Assembly (NCBI GenBank): GCA_003140935.1 | Contig: PLLJ01000038.1 | Span: 6,858 to 70,857, forward strand | Origin: Candidatus Omnitrophota bacterium | GTDB taxonomy: Bacteria > Omnitrophota > Omnitrophia > Omnitrophales > Aquincolibacteriaceae | DNA length: 64,000 bases | Direction of reading: 5' to 3' | In this document: positions 50,601 to 56,095 of the stretch, piece after piece | Numbering within the stretch: the first letter of the stretch is position 1 | How the letters are laid out: the number at the start of each line of letters is the position of its first letter | Made by a program: the position numbers and the translations under genes | The notes under the pieces: model-generated | Database searches by the model: none | What the model saw: only the letters and a program-made list of their open reading frames with translations | Told to the model about the DNA's origin: nothing

Positions 50601-52783
50601 CCGTCATTAATGTTGATTGTGCCGGCTGGTTTTGTGGTATCGAGCTGAATGGATTTCGAATAGACCGCGCTTACATTACCAGCCTTGTTGTAATACTTTA
50701 CGTAAACGGTCTTATTGCCGTCGCCGGATGAAAAGGTCCAGGACTTCGTGGCGTTGTAAGTTTGCGCCGTTGTCCAGGTCACATTGTCTGTTGAAAAGCT
50801 CATCTTACCGATTCCGCTGCCAGAATCACCCGCGGAAAGATTCAAGGTCACGCTAGTTGAAACGGTATAAAGCGCACCGGAATTAATATCGATCGATCCG
50901 GCGGGAACCGTCGTATCCAAGATAATGGATTTGCTGTAGACATTACTCGCATTCCCAACCTTGTCGTAATATTTGACGTATACCGTCTGAGGACCGTCAG
51001 CGACGGGAAGCGCAAAAGTTTGGGTAGTTGCATAGGCCTCGGGAGCAGTCCAGTTCACGTTGTCCGTGGAAAAACTCATTTTGTCAATACCGCTTCCTGC
51101 GTCAGCGGCGGAAAGATTTAATGTCACGTTTGGGGACGCCGTGGTGGCAGCACTTGAATTAATATTGAGGGAACCGGTGGGGATCACCGTGTCCCGCTTG
51201 ATCGTAATGCTTGTAGCCAGGCTGACAAGGCCGATCGAATTCTTTGAGGTAATGCTTAACGTGTTGTTCCCCTCGACCGTGAGGTTCTTCGTCGCGGACC
51301 AGGTTGTGGAGCTGTTGGGCGCCACCATCTCCACGCCATTAATCAGGATTGAGGTGTTAGCTTCTTTAGTGCCGGAGATTGTGATCGAAGTTTCTTTCGT
51401 GACCGCGGGAAAGCCCGTAGTCACAACCGGCGCCGAAGGCACGTCCGTATTAAGCCCGTAGCTGCGGATCACCAGGGTGCCCGTGCGAGTGGTGGAAGTG
51501 GTGTTCGCCTGTGTCACTATAAAATTCATGGATTTGATTTTTGCTTTATCAAGCGTCTTTGCAATCGCGGCAACAGGAATCTTCCAAAACCGCTCCGAAT
51601 TATTCGATATCCCCGTCAAGGTGAACGTATCCTTGATATTGTTGATATCAACCACTTCGAAGCTAAGTGACGTGTCGGGGCCTTTTAATCCGAAAACGAG
51701 GTCCTCTAAAAGTGAAATGTCACACGATTCGATCTCTGGCGTCGTCGCATTATCAAAGGAAACCGTGAATCCTGAGCTATCCGTAGTTCCGGGAACACTG
51801 TAGACAAACGAAAATTTCAGGGTTGAAATGCTGTAGGAAAGCTTGGTGGCAACACTGGAGCCGGTTGTAACGTAAGGATACGGGCTACCAGGCAAAGCAG
51901 TGACATTTGCCGAGGTCAGACCTGATGCGTAAGAAAGAGTCCCTCCCATACGAAAGGTTTCGCGTTCGTCTTCTTGAGCGCGGTTATACTCATCCTGCGC
52001 CTCAACAAACTGATTAAGATCCTTTCTCGCCTCAATCTGATCTTGTTCCGTTTTTGAAGCCTCCAAAGCTTCCTTAAACTTTGAAAGAAACTGATCATAG
52101 CCATAGAGATTACTGTTATTCAAAATCCCTTTGTTGTCATACGCATAGACCCCGGTATGCGTGATCACATATTCCTCGCCCGGAGCTGCAATGGCCTCGT
52201 TAATGTCCTCACCGCTCGGACCTTCGTTGGAATAAATGCTGCTATGCGTATGTGAAATCAGGTTAGCTTTCCCGGCCAGTTCCTTCGCTGCAGGTAGAAC
52301 GCCTATCTCATCCGCGCTCCCCGAAGTGAATAAAACGATTTCGCCGTGAAGCACGATAACGCCAGTTTCAAACGGCAACTCGGCAAGTTTCTTCAAATCT
52401 TCGGCTGAAATTTCTTTCACAATCACAGCACTTGCAAATTCAAGCCTTAAAAGATCAAGCGCTTCTTGAAAATCATAACGTTCATATTCATAGTGAGTGG
52501 TGTCCGGAGAAGCGATCGCCTGGGGAACAGTTTCAGCTATGTCTTGAGTCGCGGATGATAAAGGACCTTGCTTATTCGTTAAAAAATCTATTGTTGTGGA
52601 AGGTTGGACGGTCGGGTTGGAGGAATTGGTTGAAACGGAAGTGATAGCCACGACCGGCTGATTCGGATTTGGCTGATATTCCCGCGGAAGGATCTCACCC
52701 GCCCAAACGATCTGGTTCCAGCCAAAGATCAATGTAATGCAAAACGCAATCAATCGAAGAGAGAATGAAAAGGAACGTTTCAT
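38675..52783 (-). CDS. Giant secreted multidomain protein (~4700 aa): signal peptide, N-terminal domain with HxH..SxxD motif, ~6 Ig-like 92-aa repeats, ~6 68-aa beta repeats, two YD/RHS-repeat blocks each followed by a duplicated ~180-aa module, coiled-coil, C39-like peptidase-fold domain (Ser at Cys position), long Gly/Ala-rich hydrophobic (glycine-zipper-like) region, C-terminal ~500-aa domain
   Basis: Single uninterrupted frame of 14.1 kb. ATG at 52783 with an AGGAAA RBS gives MKRSFSFSLRLIAFCITLIFGWNQIVWA (Sec signal); the ORF-track start at 52966 adds a basic non-signal leader. Repeat families are visible at both protein and DNA level: period ~276 nt from 49810-51430 and ~204 nt from 48790-49810. 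YD-type repeats include ..YDSLGRIHSKIDKNGKIT.Y.Y.., ..YDATGNL.., ..YDGSGRI... The duplicated modules are WADGSRARQIT...DITDTPLACSS and RADGSRARQIT...DITDAPLVFSS. The C39-like segment is ..LHFGHSAFFAIQQL.. and ..VHMNGNHYVVVTKIE. The Gly-rich hydrophobic segment is GAFFGFIFGIL...GGFLGLAPLQVIGF...GSFITGGVFGFAGGQIGLG. Confidence 0.85.
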   Translation of the reverse strand: MKRSFSFSLRLIAFCITLIFGWNQIVWAGEILPREYQPNPNQPVVAITSVSTNSSNPTVQPSTTIDFLTNKQGPLSSATQDIAETVPQAIASPDTTHYEYERYDFQEALDLLRLEFASAVIVKEISAEDLKKLAELPFETGVIVLHGEIVLFTSGSADEIGVLPAAKELAGKANLISHTHSSIYSNEGPSGEDINEAIAAPGEEYVITHTGVYAYDNKGILNNSNLYGYDQFLSKFKEALEASKTEQDQIEARKDLNQFVEAQDEYNRAQEDERETFRMGGTLSYASGLTSANVTALPGSPYPYVTTGSSVATKLSYSISTLKFSFVYSVPGTTDSSGFTVSFDNATTPEIESCDISLLEDLVFGLKGPDTSLSFEVVDINNIKDTFTLTGISNNSERFWKIPVAAIAKTLDKAKIKSMNFIVTQANTTSTTRTGTLVIRSYGLNTDVPSAPVVTTGFPAVTKETSITISGTKEANTSILINGVEMVAPNSSTTWSATKNLTVEGNNTLSITSKNSIGLVSLATSITIKRDTVIPTGSLNINSSAATTASPNVTLNLSAADAGSGIDKMSFSTDNVNWTAPEAYATTQTFALPVADGPQTVYVKYYDKVGNASNVYSKSIILDTTVPAGSIDINSGALYTVSTSVTLNLSAGDSGSGIGKMSFSTDNVTWTTAQTYNATKSWTFSSGDGNKTVYVKYYNKAGNVSAVYSKSIQLDTTKPAGTININDGATYTSSPTVTLNLSATDAGSGIDKMSFSEDNANWTTAETYATTQTFTFSAGDGRKTVYVKYYDKAGKASSVYSKSIVLDTLPPTGIVTINSGAQYIKQTAVTLNLSAADAGSGLSQMSFSSDNVTWTAAQTYSASKSWTFASGDGNKTVYAKFMDKFGKWSSPVSVTVLLDTVKPTGTIDINSGAAYTNSENVTLNLLESDSGSGIGAMSFSVDNMTWTAAETYATSKAFTLSTDDGHKTVYAKFFDKAGNASLVYSSAITLDTIPPAIIVTSTVPNLTKNPTLIVDYTADGVVKQKAFTLAEGDNIGLAITEVDAAGNIQKVTLAKVVLDTIAPVIVVTSTVPTLTKSPTLVVNYTADDVVKQKIFTFLEGDNTGLTITESDAAGNSQTITLPKVVLDTVPPAVVITSSVPSLTNQPVLVVDYSVDGVAKQKTFTLAEGDNTGLTITEADAAGNIRTITLAKVVLDTVPPVIVVTSQIPSLTNQAALVVDYTADGIVKQQIFTLAEGDNDALTITEVDAAMNTRTVLLSKVMLDTVPPAIVIDPATPSLTNTNTFTISYTADGTSKLKTFTGLTEGENTLAVTETDLAGNITTLTHSVTYTPSTNTTFPVLEFRSPQIVTTSNYELVYAVDGTEKREIYALQEGANLLTIEEPNASGKVTAHYLVVLNAITDPVFPAKETELIFNLNGTDATLVNPSFDASGLIQGGWIKSKNGTAYRLSGGLLSEEFRPDSTHIYYDSLGRIHSKIDKNGKITNYQYKVNSAGNLLSTHIEEGNDQVDLDSNGLALFWKKGDGTEFSFDSGRLTKIKKDAGEYPYHLRQVGSEWISESINPLPADSSYPASLHYTSDLALSQTVMPDGTIYQFDLSGAVTRVVDSTGKETLYDPEKDLFGAFHSFSVTRDGITRVYGEQGKLTQLKDADGTVFTIDQDKVVTIQKPDGTLYRDLAYDATGNLQNALVKLPDGRELVIANQQLTQIKAVDGTILEIQNDRPARSLTADGRVYQYHESTDANGNPVFIGDLTEFINDKGNHVFVANGRVNGMEETRNGVLIKTGFTYDGSGRIIEAVIDQDGVRTARFVYDYQTSGTVVTNDVRSIRYYDSAGKLMKLTTPRGEEYSFSQITDPSGAVTFLQILVKVVSQLEGTINYQNGKPVRIVRPDSIEIKNIVLNLGGSLLSAVLVYPSGAEGLIEAGELKQIIETDGTKKEYAAGLLQKITLPTFEAMNFSYTFDGSGNVTTVTVQDGLGSRTYTAAGVLSSAVDPSGDIFTYDVSGNLIKVKTNANEEFNYSGQTLSSIKFSTGEMLTGIVLDTNGNLASGTYDPKDGSLWTIAGGAISQIRDVSGNTLYYSGGHVTQIVKTNGDRITYSPSGQITQITWADGSRARQITTNSQDALVNAIIYSPSFDSAVLSSALAGIGSNERPLVNGSLQTPGPQVRTAGKFFDFNGLYWREVNSTTLHGSNQNYIRIKMTGSNVTVKFYSSSSISSLFNQQTYQSVAGSPYVYIPLPDLSTNYIYAIEISPKANATVDITDTPLACSSANYQPVAWVNTATSFVNQKTAPGFPARIGVALSKKSALESSSQNFTAAENFNSSKVSDGQFQITSLKNGVLQARLSPDTVLSAVYDRNMNLLSAVHSDPAFDPSVDVNGAWKKSVSGWEDAGFEFAPAVTTPSGDVPLKIEYTSNGGNATVSFQNASQAIYQNDRIETIITPEGKAVHYSYAAGSSDVNRVIFDPDQIDPETTEVKYEYGKIREIRKAGVLIYLYSYEFNEIGDEITVIEDTVENQIRRFLKGKLISINNINSGFQTAYDYDGSGRIAKAVTFRSGRIFGSFAYAYSGDDTLITEEATGISRRYGADGFLKELITAKGEYYKYSVLSDGQAEDLLLQELVKIVDSRGTIEYSREKPVEIITTDGTVIKNLIVQSFVDENHITQMVIQRAEVHLPVPDGRVALIENGKVFYMSSPGGEIQEFENGFLERLINAQSEITDLIYTRNASGEIESIGVEDKNGQRIYDKNGLLIRAVLPDTTQIDYDANGRLLRLQTPGGEIWEYSSGSLSSVTLTGGGGKIEQIVLDAAGNAQSCIYTKDGIVTTLQNGVVTSKKTLDGTLFFYGPSGKVSEIRKPVGAGCDRLIYDANGVLTAVERADGSRARQITVDSQDNLVNAIIYAPLFNGAVLNAALPGIGSKERPLVNGVLQAPGTQVGTANEFFDFNGDYWRSVNSIPLHGANQNYLRIKMTGSNFTVSFYATNFTNSLFSQQTYQSAVGSPYVYIPLPDLSVKYLYAIEISPKGNVAMDITDAPLVFSSGDMPAIDWTGIAIAFKDQKDRPEVPSIINETLLKKAALETQAAAQFSLRSPDQLDEGQAQTLYNSTLGIVKGAVLDPETIIAAAYRASDSKLLMAARANNTVAHYVDDQIDYVTDLDGNLLIDHEYDASGDLIAVHLIDARKELEEQIIAAQTQVSRQETEALMTLAVERGYAIEAIQNKLNEGLAAINAERERIRQLSSQKVCHTILFFKSCENVQVDVSAPLSELDRMEKDLREQTVGALAGLDTVVAQKKMEIETDAKTAFVELEKQQLVTYREILKQELSPVLFHHYRKILGRDPSEDEINAWIEREIGDDQVSLFSLEKVVEARGLNFTGVWMNFDQLKALSGLSQEGVLAFLKDVGFVMVTDVSGGNVTFVQRSLGNRTQELKIELVPWLDANGVPIPDAGGNIIYIERYVFVPKDDGFGGEKVTVTESEFLSRWLKENSLQGAVFTDQPLAPGSVLITADEAKAISGLFSWDILVEYFKSAFGIDPERANVPKLAGELSGSEEYSARLEQVNAIKAAVRDFLEQYLASDEAERSAKIRSLGLALDEVISVTAPEIETILAWLDSRDLHFGHSAFFAIQQLIEEGNVHATLFDIAREAILIDIMIGVIHPLTTGDLELSLFALNRVAENRNVLLTPAKVTFDELKREVALGKGVLVHMNGNHYVVVTKIELAAQIDENGDPVLDEQGAPVMIEVVTYIEKNVGPSGEAQTLARSEFEKIWMVTVEGEGIALTPTQVSNNAKIMTGRETQQITGAFFGFIFGILKKIFDTVIQVVKAVFEAVKTVLRYVVDLVVDVVRSLTDFVLELGKSLVSFGQFFFEAVRFVGAILSGDLNGGFQSLQRAVGHFGNFLFFAAAGGFLGLAPLQVIGFQVLSIALSKGTGIVLDKIGIKSPVIKNLIGSFITGGVFGFAGGQIGLGTTFLNSAVANLAMSGVNELALHIGLPPPIATNLGILASIITGSVEGGASLPEAFKTVAPDLMKELTLSGVWALGNALGIDPRLTSLISLPLGAGVGVGFDSLFHANTINFTSLSAAIKNGFAAGAKSIGFDFGGATSNPIFGSLLSGNILSSIGSAVGSGSLFSSILDILKMAVFTPFNAVNSIIQTALQGVRDFASLIQEKSLAGALESMVTSIFSRQTIEKLLSFGGIGGFIGSAAKIPATLNGQSVLEQKLDGTASLFYDLAGNFIGKKENGVTQLGTFGFDAAGKWALLSGTFISNVVADWAFAGEVSNGQLKRGKLYQNGALMGEFEPENNDGTIIIDGSHPDAQQFDSSPSFWNMVFKFLPMAMDFVFKNGLLQQVNTQVNTGNGASQNDSGDLYALANGIDNDSGGVPAYITNLEYDLFQKSNQTIVPREDTLPIELYHSTIGDDVVDGGIDILKWVLESQSGSFHSLLVIDVMRQLASNVQAMVRPIVGMGFSGGLLPLVEGLATEFYNVKSLVGLGAATLSLASSELLNVVLSLIDFAQSSIGKVLGWLTGALNAMLKSLLGKLHLDVLNVGHLADEFVDLVSRGSSLAIDKLREIISVLPKVPAWNFPTLANRGAETFVNIYGTKDILYQTGIAGYRDSLFGFSVDGVIGPNGEITRQLFNIEIVGAEHLYYMKRNDLSDPGWNTTVSDFVTRLMLKADSTEELSYFLTWPPLEYDGCFSYENNRWVIRLPGWQTREQT
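43640..44183 (-). repeat. Internal duplicated module copy 2 of the giant gene
   Basis: See copy 1. Each copy follows a YD-repeat block, which suggests an ancestral duplication of a [YD block + module] unit. Confidence 0.7.
45965..46474 (-). repeat. Internal duplicated module copy 1 of the giant gene (paralogous to 43640-44183)
   Basis: Protein WADGSRARQITTNSQDALVNAIIYSPSFDSAVLSSALAGIGSNERPLVNG...YIRIKMTGSNVTVKFY...SPYVYIPLPDLSTNYIYAIEISPK.. versus copy 2 RADGSRARQITVDSQDNLVNAIIYAPLFNGAVLNAALPGIGSKERPLVNG...; DNA similarity is also obvious (e.g. ggagaaatctcgat(c/t)gcgtaaa(g/t)ata). Confidence 0.7.
48790..49810 (-). repeat. Tandem array of ~5-6 short beta-domain repeats (period ~204 nt / 68 aa) inside the giant gene
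   Basis: The markers ctgtatccag / ccgtatcaag / ctgtatcaag / atcgtatcc / atcgtatcaag recur at ~48993, 49197, 49401, 49614, 49808. Protein consensus: VVLDT(V/I)PP.IV(V/I)TS.VP.LT..P.LVVDYTADGV.KQK.FTLAEGDN.GLTITE.DAAGN..T(I/V)TL.K. Confidence 0.7.
49810..51430 (-). repeat. Tandem array of ~6 Ig-like domain repeats (period ~276 nt / 92 aa) inside the giant gene
   Basis: Recurrent DNA motifs (e.g. ..gg(a/t)atcgag.., ..tgaaagaaac..) and the protein consensus LNLSA.D.GSGI.KMSFS.DN..WT....Y...K..T.S.GDG.KTVY.K..DKAGN.S.VYS.SI.LDT..P.G.I.IN.GA.YT. Confidence 0.7.
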
Positions 52784-52824
52784 GACAGATTTCCTATGTT
52801 TCGTTCCACAGATGTTTTTTTCTT

Positions 52825-53007
52825 TCAAGATTTGTTTTTTATTTCTTCCAAAAATCCGACGACGCTTTCGCGGACAACATCGGAACGGGTCCGGTGTTCT
52901 TCTTCGGCCCGGTCCCAAAGCTTTTGGTAATGCGCGGGATCGAGCGTGAAGGTGATCTGGATCCACGTGCCTTCCGTCGCCTGGGGTGCTACCTGAATGT
53001 TCTGCAT
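52825..53007 (-). CDS. Ribbon-helix-helix (CopG/Arc/MetJ-like) DNA-binding protein, immediately upstream of the giant gene
   Basis: ATG at 53007 preceded by a strong AAAGGAGGAAGCC RBS; 60 aa with ..WIQITFTLDPAHYQKLWDRAEEEHRTRSDVVRESVVGFL.., a beta-strand then two helices as in RHH repressors. The stop lies 42 nt upstream of the giant gene ATG. Confidence 0.55.
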   Translation of the reverse strand: MQNIQVAPQATEGTWIQITFTLDPAHYQKLWDRAEEEHRTRSDVVRESVVGFLEEIKNKS

Positions 53008-53233
53008 GGCTTCCTCCTTTAAAACTTTTTTCCTGTTTGGCTGTCTCAACCCTAACTCCGGGAGGACGAAAAGAAAATCGAAAGAGGAGAAAATTTTGGA
53101 GGAAGTCGACTCAGGAGTGATAAATATCTTCTAATGATAGGAGGCAGCGGATGGGGCACTGCCCGTCTGAGCTTGCGGGGACAAACTTATCCATGGTTCT
53201 GTGGCGTAAATAAGATCCCGTCGATCAGGAGGG

Positions 53234-54556
53234 CTATGTCTTTCTCCCTAGGGGGCGACTGATCTCACGGTCACGGTCCTTAATATCGCTGAAACGGTCC
53301 GCAGATGAGGGAATGCCATTTCCCAGGACCACACCCCCAAAACCCAGCGGCCTGCCTCCCGGCGTGTAAAGATTTTCCGATAGCTTCTGGCCCTTCGCGT
53401 CCACAAAAGTCCGGCGCTGCAAGCCTCCGACAAGGTACGTGACGAGCATATGCGTTTTCAGGGCGCCGTTTTCCGGGTCCCAGCTTTTCCGCATCACCAG
53501 TTTTTCCTTGGAGTTATACCAGTCCGCCTGGAGCTTTTTCCCTTGAGCATTCTCGTACTCCACGAGTCCGCCGGTTTGTTTCCCTTGACTATCAAAGATG
53601 CGGTTGACCTTCACCCTTTCGCCGTTTGCCTGGTAATGCCATTCCGCGATACGGTATTGTTGAAGTTTTTCCTTACGGTACTCATAAGATTCATAGCCCA
53701 TGATCCGGCCCTTAGCGTCCGGGTCGAAGATCCAACGTTCGATCAGGTGCCCCTTGCTATCCATGAGGCTTTTTTCCGTTCTTCGATCCTGGGGATCCAG
53801 GATCTCAAGGCCCAGGCTTCCGTCCGGCTGCGCCGTCCGGCGTTCTTTTTGATGAAGCACCGGCATAGCCTTAGGGACAAGCGCCCCTTCATCGGATTTC
53901 GTACCCGTTTCATCCAAAGGCCCGGGGATCTCTTGCTTTTTCTCAAGTTTTTTCGGGACGACATTCGACAACAGCGCCCCGGTGTCAGGGTCCCATGTTT
54001 TCCTGTCTGTCAGACGGCCTTCGGGGTCGAACCATTCTTCCTTGAATTTGATGCCGTTCGGCCCGGCATACTCCACATAAGAATTGGTCAAATGCCGCTT
54101 TGAATCGTAGACCTGATTATTTTTAACGTAACCGCCTTTTTCATCATAATCCCAAAAAGCGACGCGCTCATCGAGCAGCTCCATATTATTATAATGCACG
54201 ATCTTATAACGAAGGATGCGGTTACCCGCCGACGGACTAAAAAACCATTCCTCCACAAGCTGTCCCGACGCATTTAAAAAACGTTTTGCCGTCCGGACCT
54301 TTTTTTCGTTAAAGATCTCCAAAGTCACCGATCGGTCCGGATGGACGGTTTTGTGTTCAAAATCTCCTTCGAGCGCCGGCAAAGCTCCCCCTCCCAAAAC
54401 CGTGGCGGTATCCATGCCGCCTGTACTCTGGGGGACTACTGCGTGACCCGGGCTTGGGTCTGCGAACCCGGTGGGGACCGAAGACATACTGCCTGAAAAA
54501 AACACGAGCACTCCTGTCAAAATCAATTTAATCGTTGATTGGCAGATGCCGTTCAT
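53234..54556 (-). CDS. Secreted protein with two internally duplicated ~100-aa repeat units (W..DP..G.L, YxY-rich; MORN/YwqK-like flavour)
   Basis: 440 aa, with an N-terminal signal/TM (ILTGVLVFFSGSMSS). The repeats are ..EEWFFSPSAGNRILRYKIVHYNNMELLDERVAFWDYDEKG..SYVEYAGPNGIKFKEEWFDPEGRLTDRKTWDPDTGALLS.. versus ..ERWIFDPDAKGRIMGYESYEYRKEKLQQYRIAEWHYQANG..GLVEYENAQGKKLQADWYNSKEKLVMRKSWDPENGALKT.. Confidence 0.55.
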   Translation of the reverse strand: MNGICQSTIKLILTGVLVFFSGSMSSVPTGFADPSPGHAVVPQSTGGMDTATVLGGGALPALEGDFEHKTVHPDRSVTLEIFNEKKVRTAKRFLNASGQLVEEWFFSPSAGNRILRYKIVHYNNMELLDERVAFWDYDEKGGYVKNNQVYDSKRHLTNSYVEYAGPNGIKFKEEWFDPEGRLTDRKTWDPDTGALLSNVVPKKLEKKQEIPGPLDETGTKSDEGALVPKAMPVLHQKERRTAQPDGSLGLEILDPQDRRTEKSLMDSKGHLIERWIFDPDAKGRIMGYESYEYRKEKLQQYRIAEWHYQANGERVKVNRIFDSQGKQTGGLVEYENAQGKKLQADWYNSKEKLVMRKSWDPENGALKTHMLVTYLVGGLQRRTFVDAKGQKLSENLYTPGGRPLGFGGVVLGNGIPSSADRFSDIKDRDREISRPLGRKT

Positions 54557-54914
54557 AACCCACCTCCTTATGAAGAACTTTTTGTGCCTCGCAGAGCTTT
54601 TATTTTTATGACTCCGGAAAACAAAGAAAGTATAAATATCAAAATCTTGCCGGCCCAGAGCCCCATGATTCTTTTTTCTGACTTTTTTCTACCCCGCAAA
54701 AACGCGCCTCTGCGAGGAAAAACTTTAGGCGGGATAGCGACTCAGGAACGTTTAGATAGGGACCCGGGGCGAGGGCACAGGACGTCCGGGAGGGGGGCCA
54801 GGTGAGTTTCTCTAAAACAGATTGAATCGTACAGCTGAGTCTTTAAACTGCAAATTCTTTTCCGTAATGGATCTTCCTGCGGCAAGAAGCACGCACGCGA
54901 ACTTTTCTCTCATA

Positions 54915-55499
54915 TTAGCGTCTGAAATAGGCAACCACGCGGTAACTGGAAGTTTTCCCCGGCGTTCTGTTGGCGATCGTCACACGTAAATATTTTCCGT
55001 AAACAGGCGTGTGAAGCGCCCGGCCCGCTGTCAGCCCTGTGGTAAGTTTCGTGAAATTCGAATGCCCTTCGACGCTGTCTCCGACAAGATAAGCACCAAA
55101 CTCCTGAACGCCTTGATCCACCAGCCGCTTTTCCTCACCTCCCATCGCACGATGCTTCGTCGTCGACGCCGTCATCGAGAAATAGGCGTTCAGCTCATAC
55201 ATGGGCCTAGTCAACTCTTCGGTGAAAATGGATTCCGGAAAAGTTTCGACAAAAAGCGTCACCTGTTCATATCCGCTTACATCAATATATTCGGACTCTT
55301 TGCTCTCGCCGCCTTTAAGCTGGACTTTGGCGAGAACCTCCAACTCAACTTTGTCTTGGGATTTGATCTCAAGGGGCTGCTTCGCAACAATCACTTCCGT
55401 GGCGGCTGCATCCGCAGAGTTCGGAGCGGCATAAGCGTGTGGAGCGGAGAAAACTGTCAGAAGAAGCAAGATTGCGAGGACGGATATTTTCTTGATCAT
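54915..55499 (-). CDS. Secreted protein, uncharacterized
   Basis: ATG at 55499 preceded by an AAGGGAGG RBS; MIKKISVLAILLLLTVFSAPHAYA signal peptide; 194 aa with no known motif. Confidence 0.5.
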   Translation of the reverse strand: MIKKISVLAILLLLTVFSAPHAYAAPNSADAAATEVIVAKQPLEIKSQDKVELEVLAKVQLKGGESKESEYIDVSGYEQVTLFVETFPESIFTEELTRPMYELNAYFSMTASTTKHRAMGGEEKRLVDQGVQEFGAYLVGDSVEGHSNFTKLTTGLTAGRALHTPVYGKYLRVTIANRTPGKTSSYRVVAYFRR

Positions 55500-55733
55500 G
55501 GTGAGCCTCCCTTGATTGGAGGACATTATAAGCTGAGTCGATCGGACTGGCTAGGCGGGTTTTACGAGGAAAACTGCGATGGTATAGACGAAGACTTTTC
55601 GGAGCGGTTGTTGTTTGTTAACGCATGGGTGGAGAAAGGGAGAAGTCAGGCGGGTTTCAGGGACTCAAGGGAGCCACACCGGAAAGCAGAGGTCCCCTGC
55701 GGCAGATCCTTCTCAACATCCCGCTTTATGTCT

Positions 55734-55868
55734 TTAACGTCTAAGAAACGTTACGGTGACCGTGGGATGGTCTTGGGACGGATGCGGTCCATTGGCGTAG
55801 ACAAAGGCCTCTGCGGCAAATACGCCAAGCACTACGAGGGTGAGTAAAAAAACCATCATCTTTTTCAT
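55734..55868 (-). CDS. Small secreted peptide (44 aa)
   Basis: ATG at 55868 preceded by GAAGGAGCCCC; MKKMMVFLLTLVVLGVFAAEAFVYA signal followed by a ~20-aa mature peptide. Coding status is uncertain. Confidence 0.3.
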   Translation of the reverse strand: MKKMMVFLLTLVVLGVFAAEAFVYANGPHPSQDHPTVTVTFLRR

Positions 55869-56095
55869 GGGGCTCCTTCTCGCGCCCGGTTTTATTGGAT
55901 TTCCCGCAGAGAAAGCTAGGTGGGAGTCCTGCTGCCCGAAGGATTCCATACAAACCTCACTTTGTCAAGATTCCCCCAATAGAAATACCCCGCAGGGGAT
56001 CTGAAAAGCGGGCCCCATCAAGAATACAGGCTCATGCTACGGATGCCCGGGGTAGGTCAGGGAACTACTATTTGCAGAGAATAGAAACTTTTCTC

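Noticed and set aside
38888-51803. Dozens of short plus-strand ORFs inside the giant gene
   Set aside because: All are antisense to a continuous 14-kb frame whose repeats and domains are coherent at protein level.
38675-52966. ORF-track start of the giant gene at 52966 (MDPDHLHARSRALPK...) overlapping the RHH gene
   Set aside because: That N-terminus is highly basic and non-signal-like and overlaps the upstream RHH ORF. The ATG at 52783 has an AGGAAA RBS and yields a canonical Sec signal peptide.
53450-54103. 217-aa plus-strand ORF antisense to the 53234-54556 secreted protein
   Set aside because: It has no start context, and the sense strand encodes a signal peptide and internally duplicated repeats.
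55011-55847. 278-aa plus-strand ORF
   Set aside because: It overlaps the minus-strand secreted protein (54915-55499, strong RBS) and the small peptide gene, and its composition is Arg/Gly-rich.
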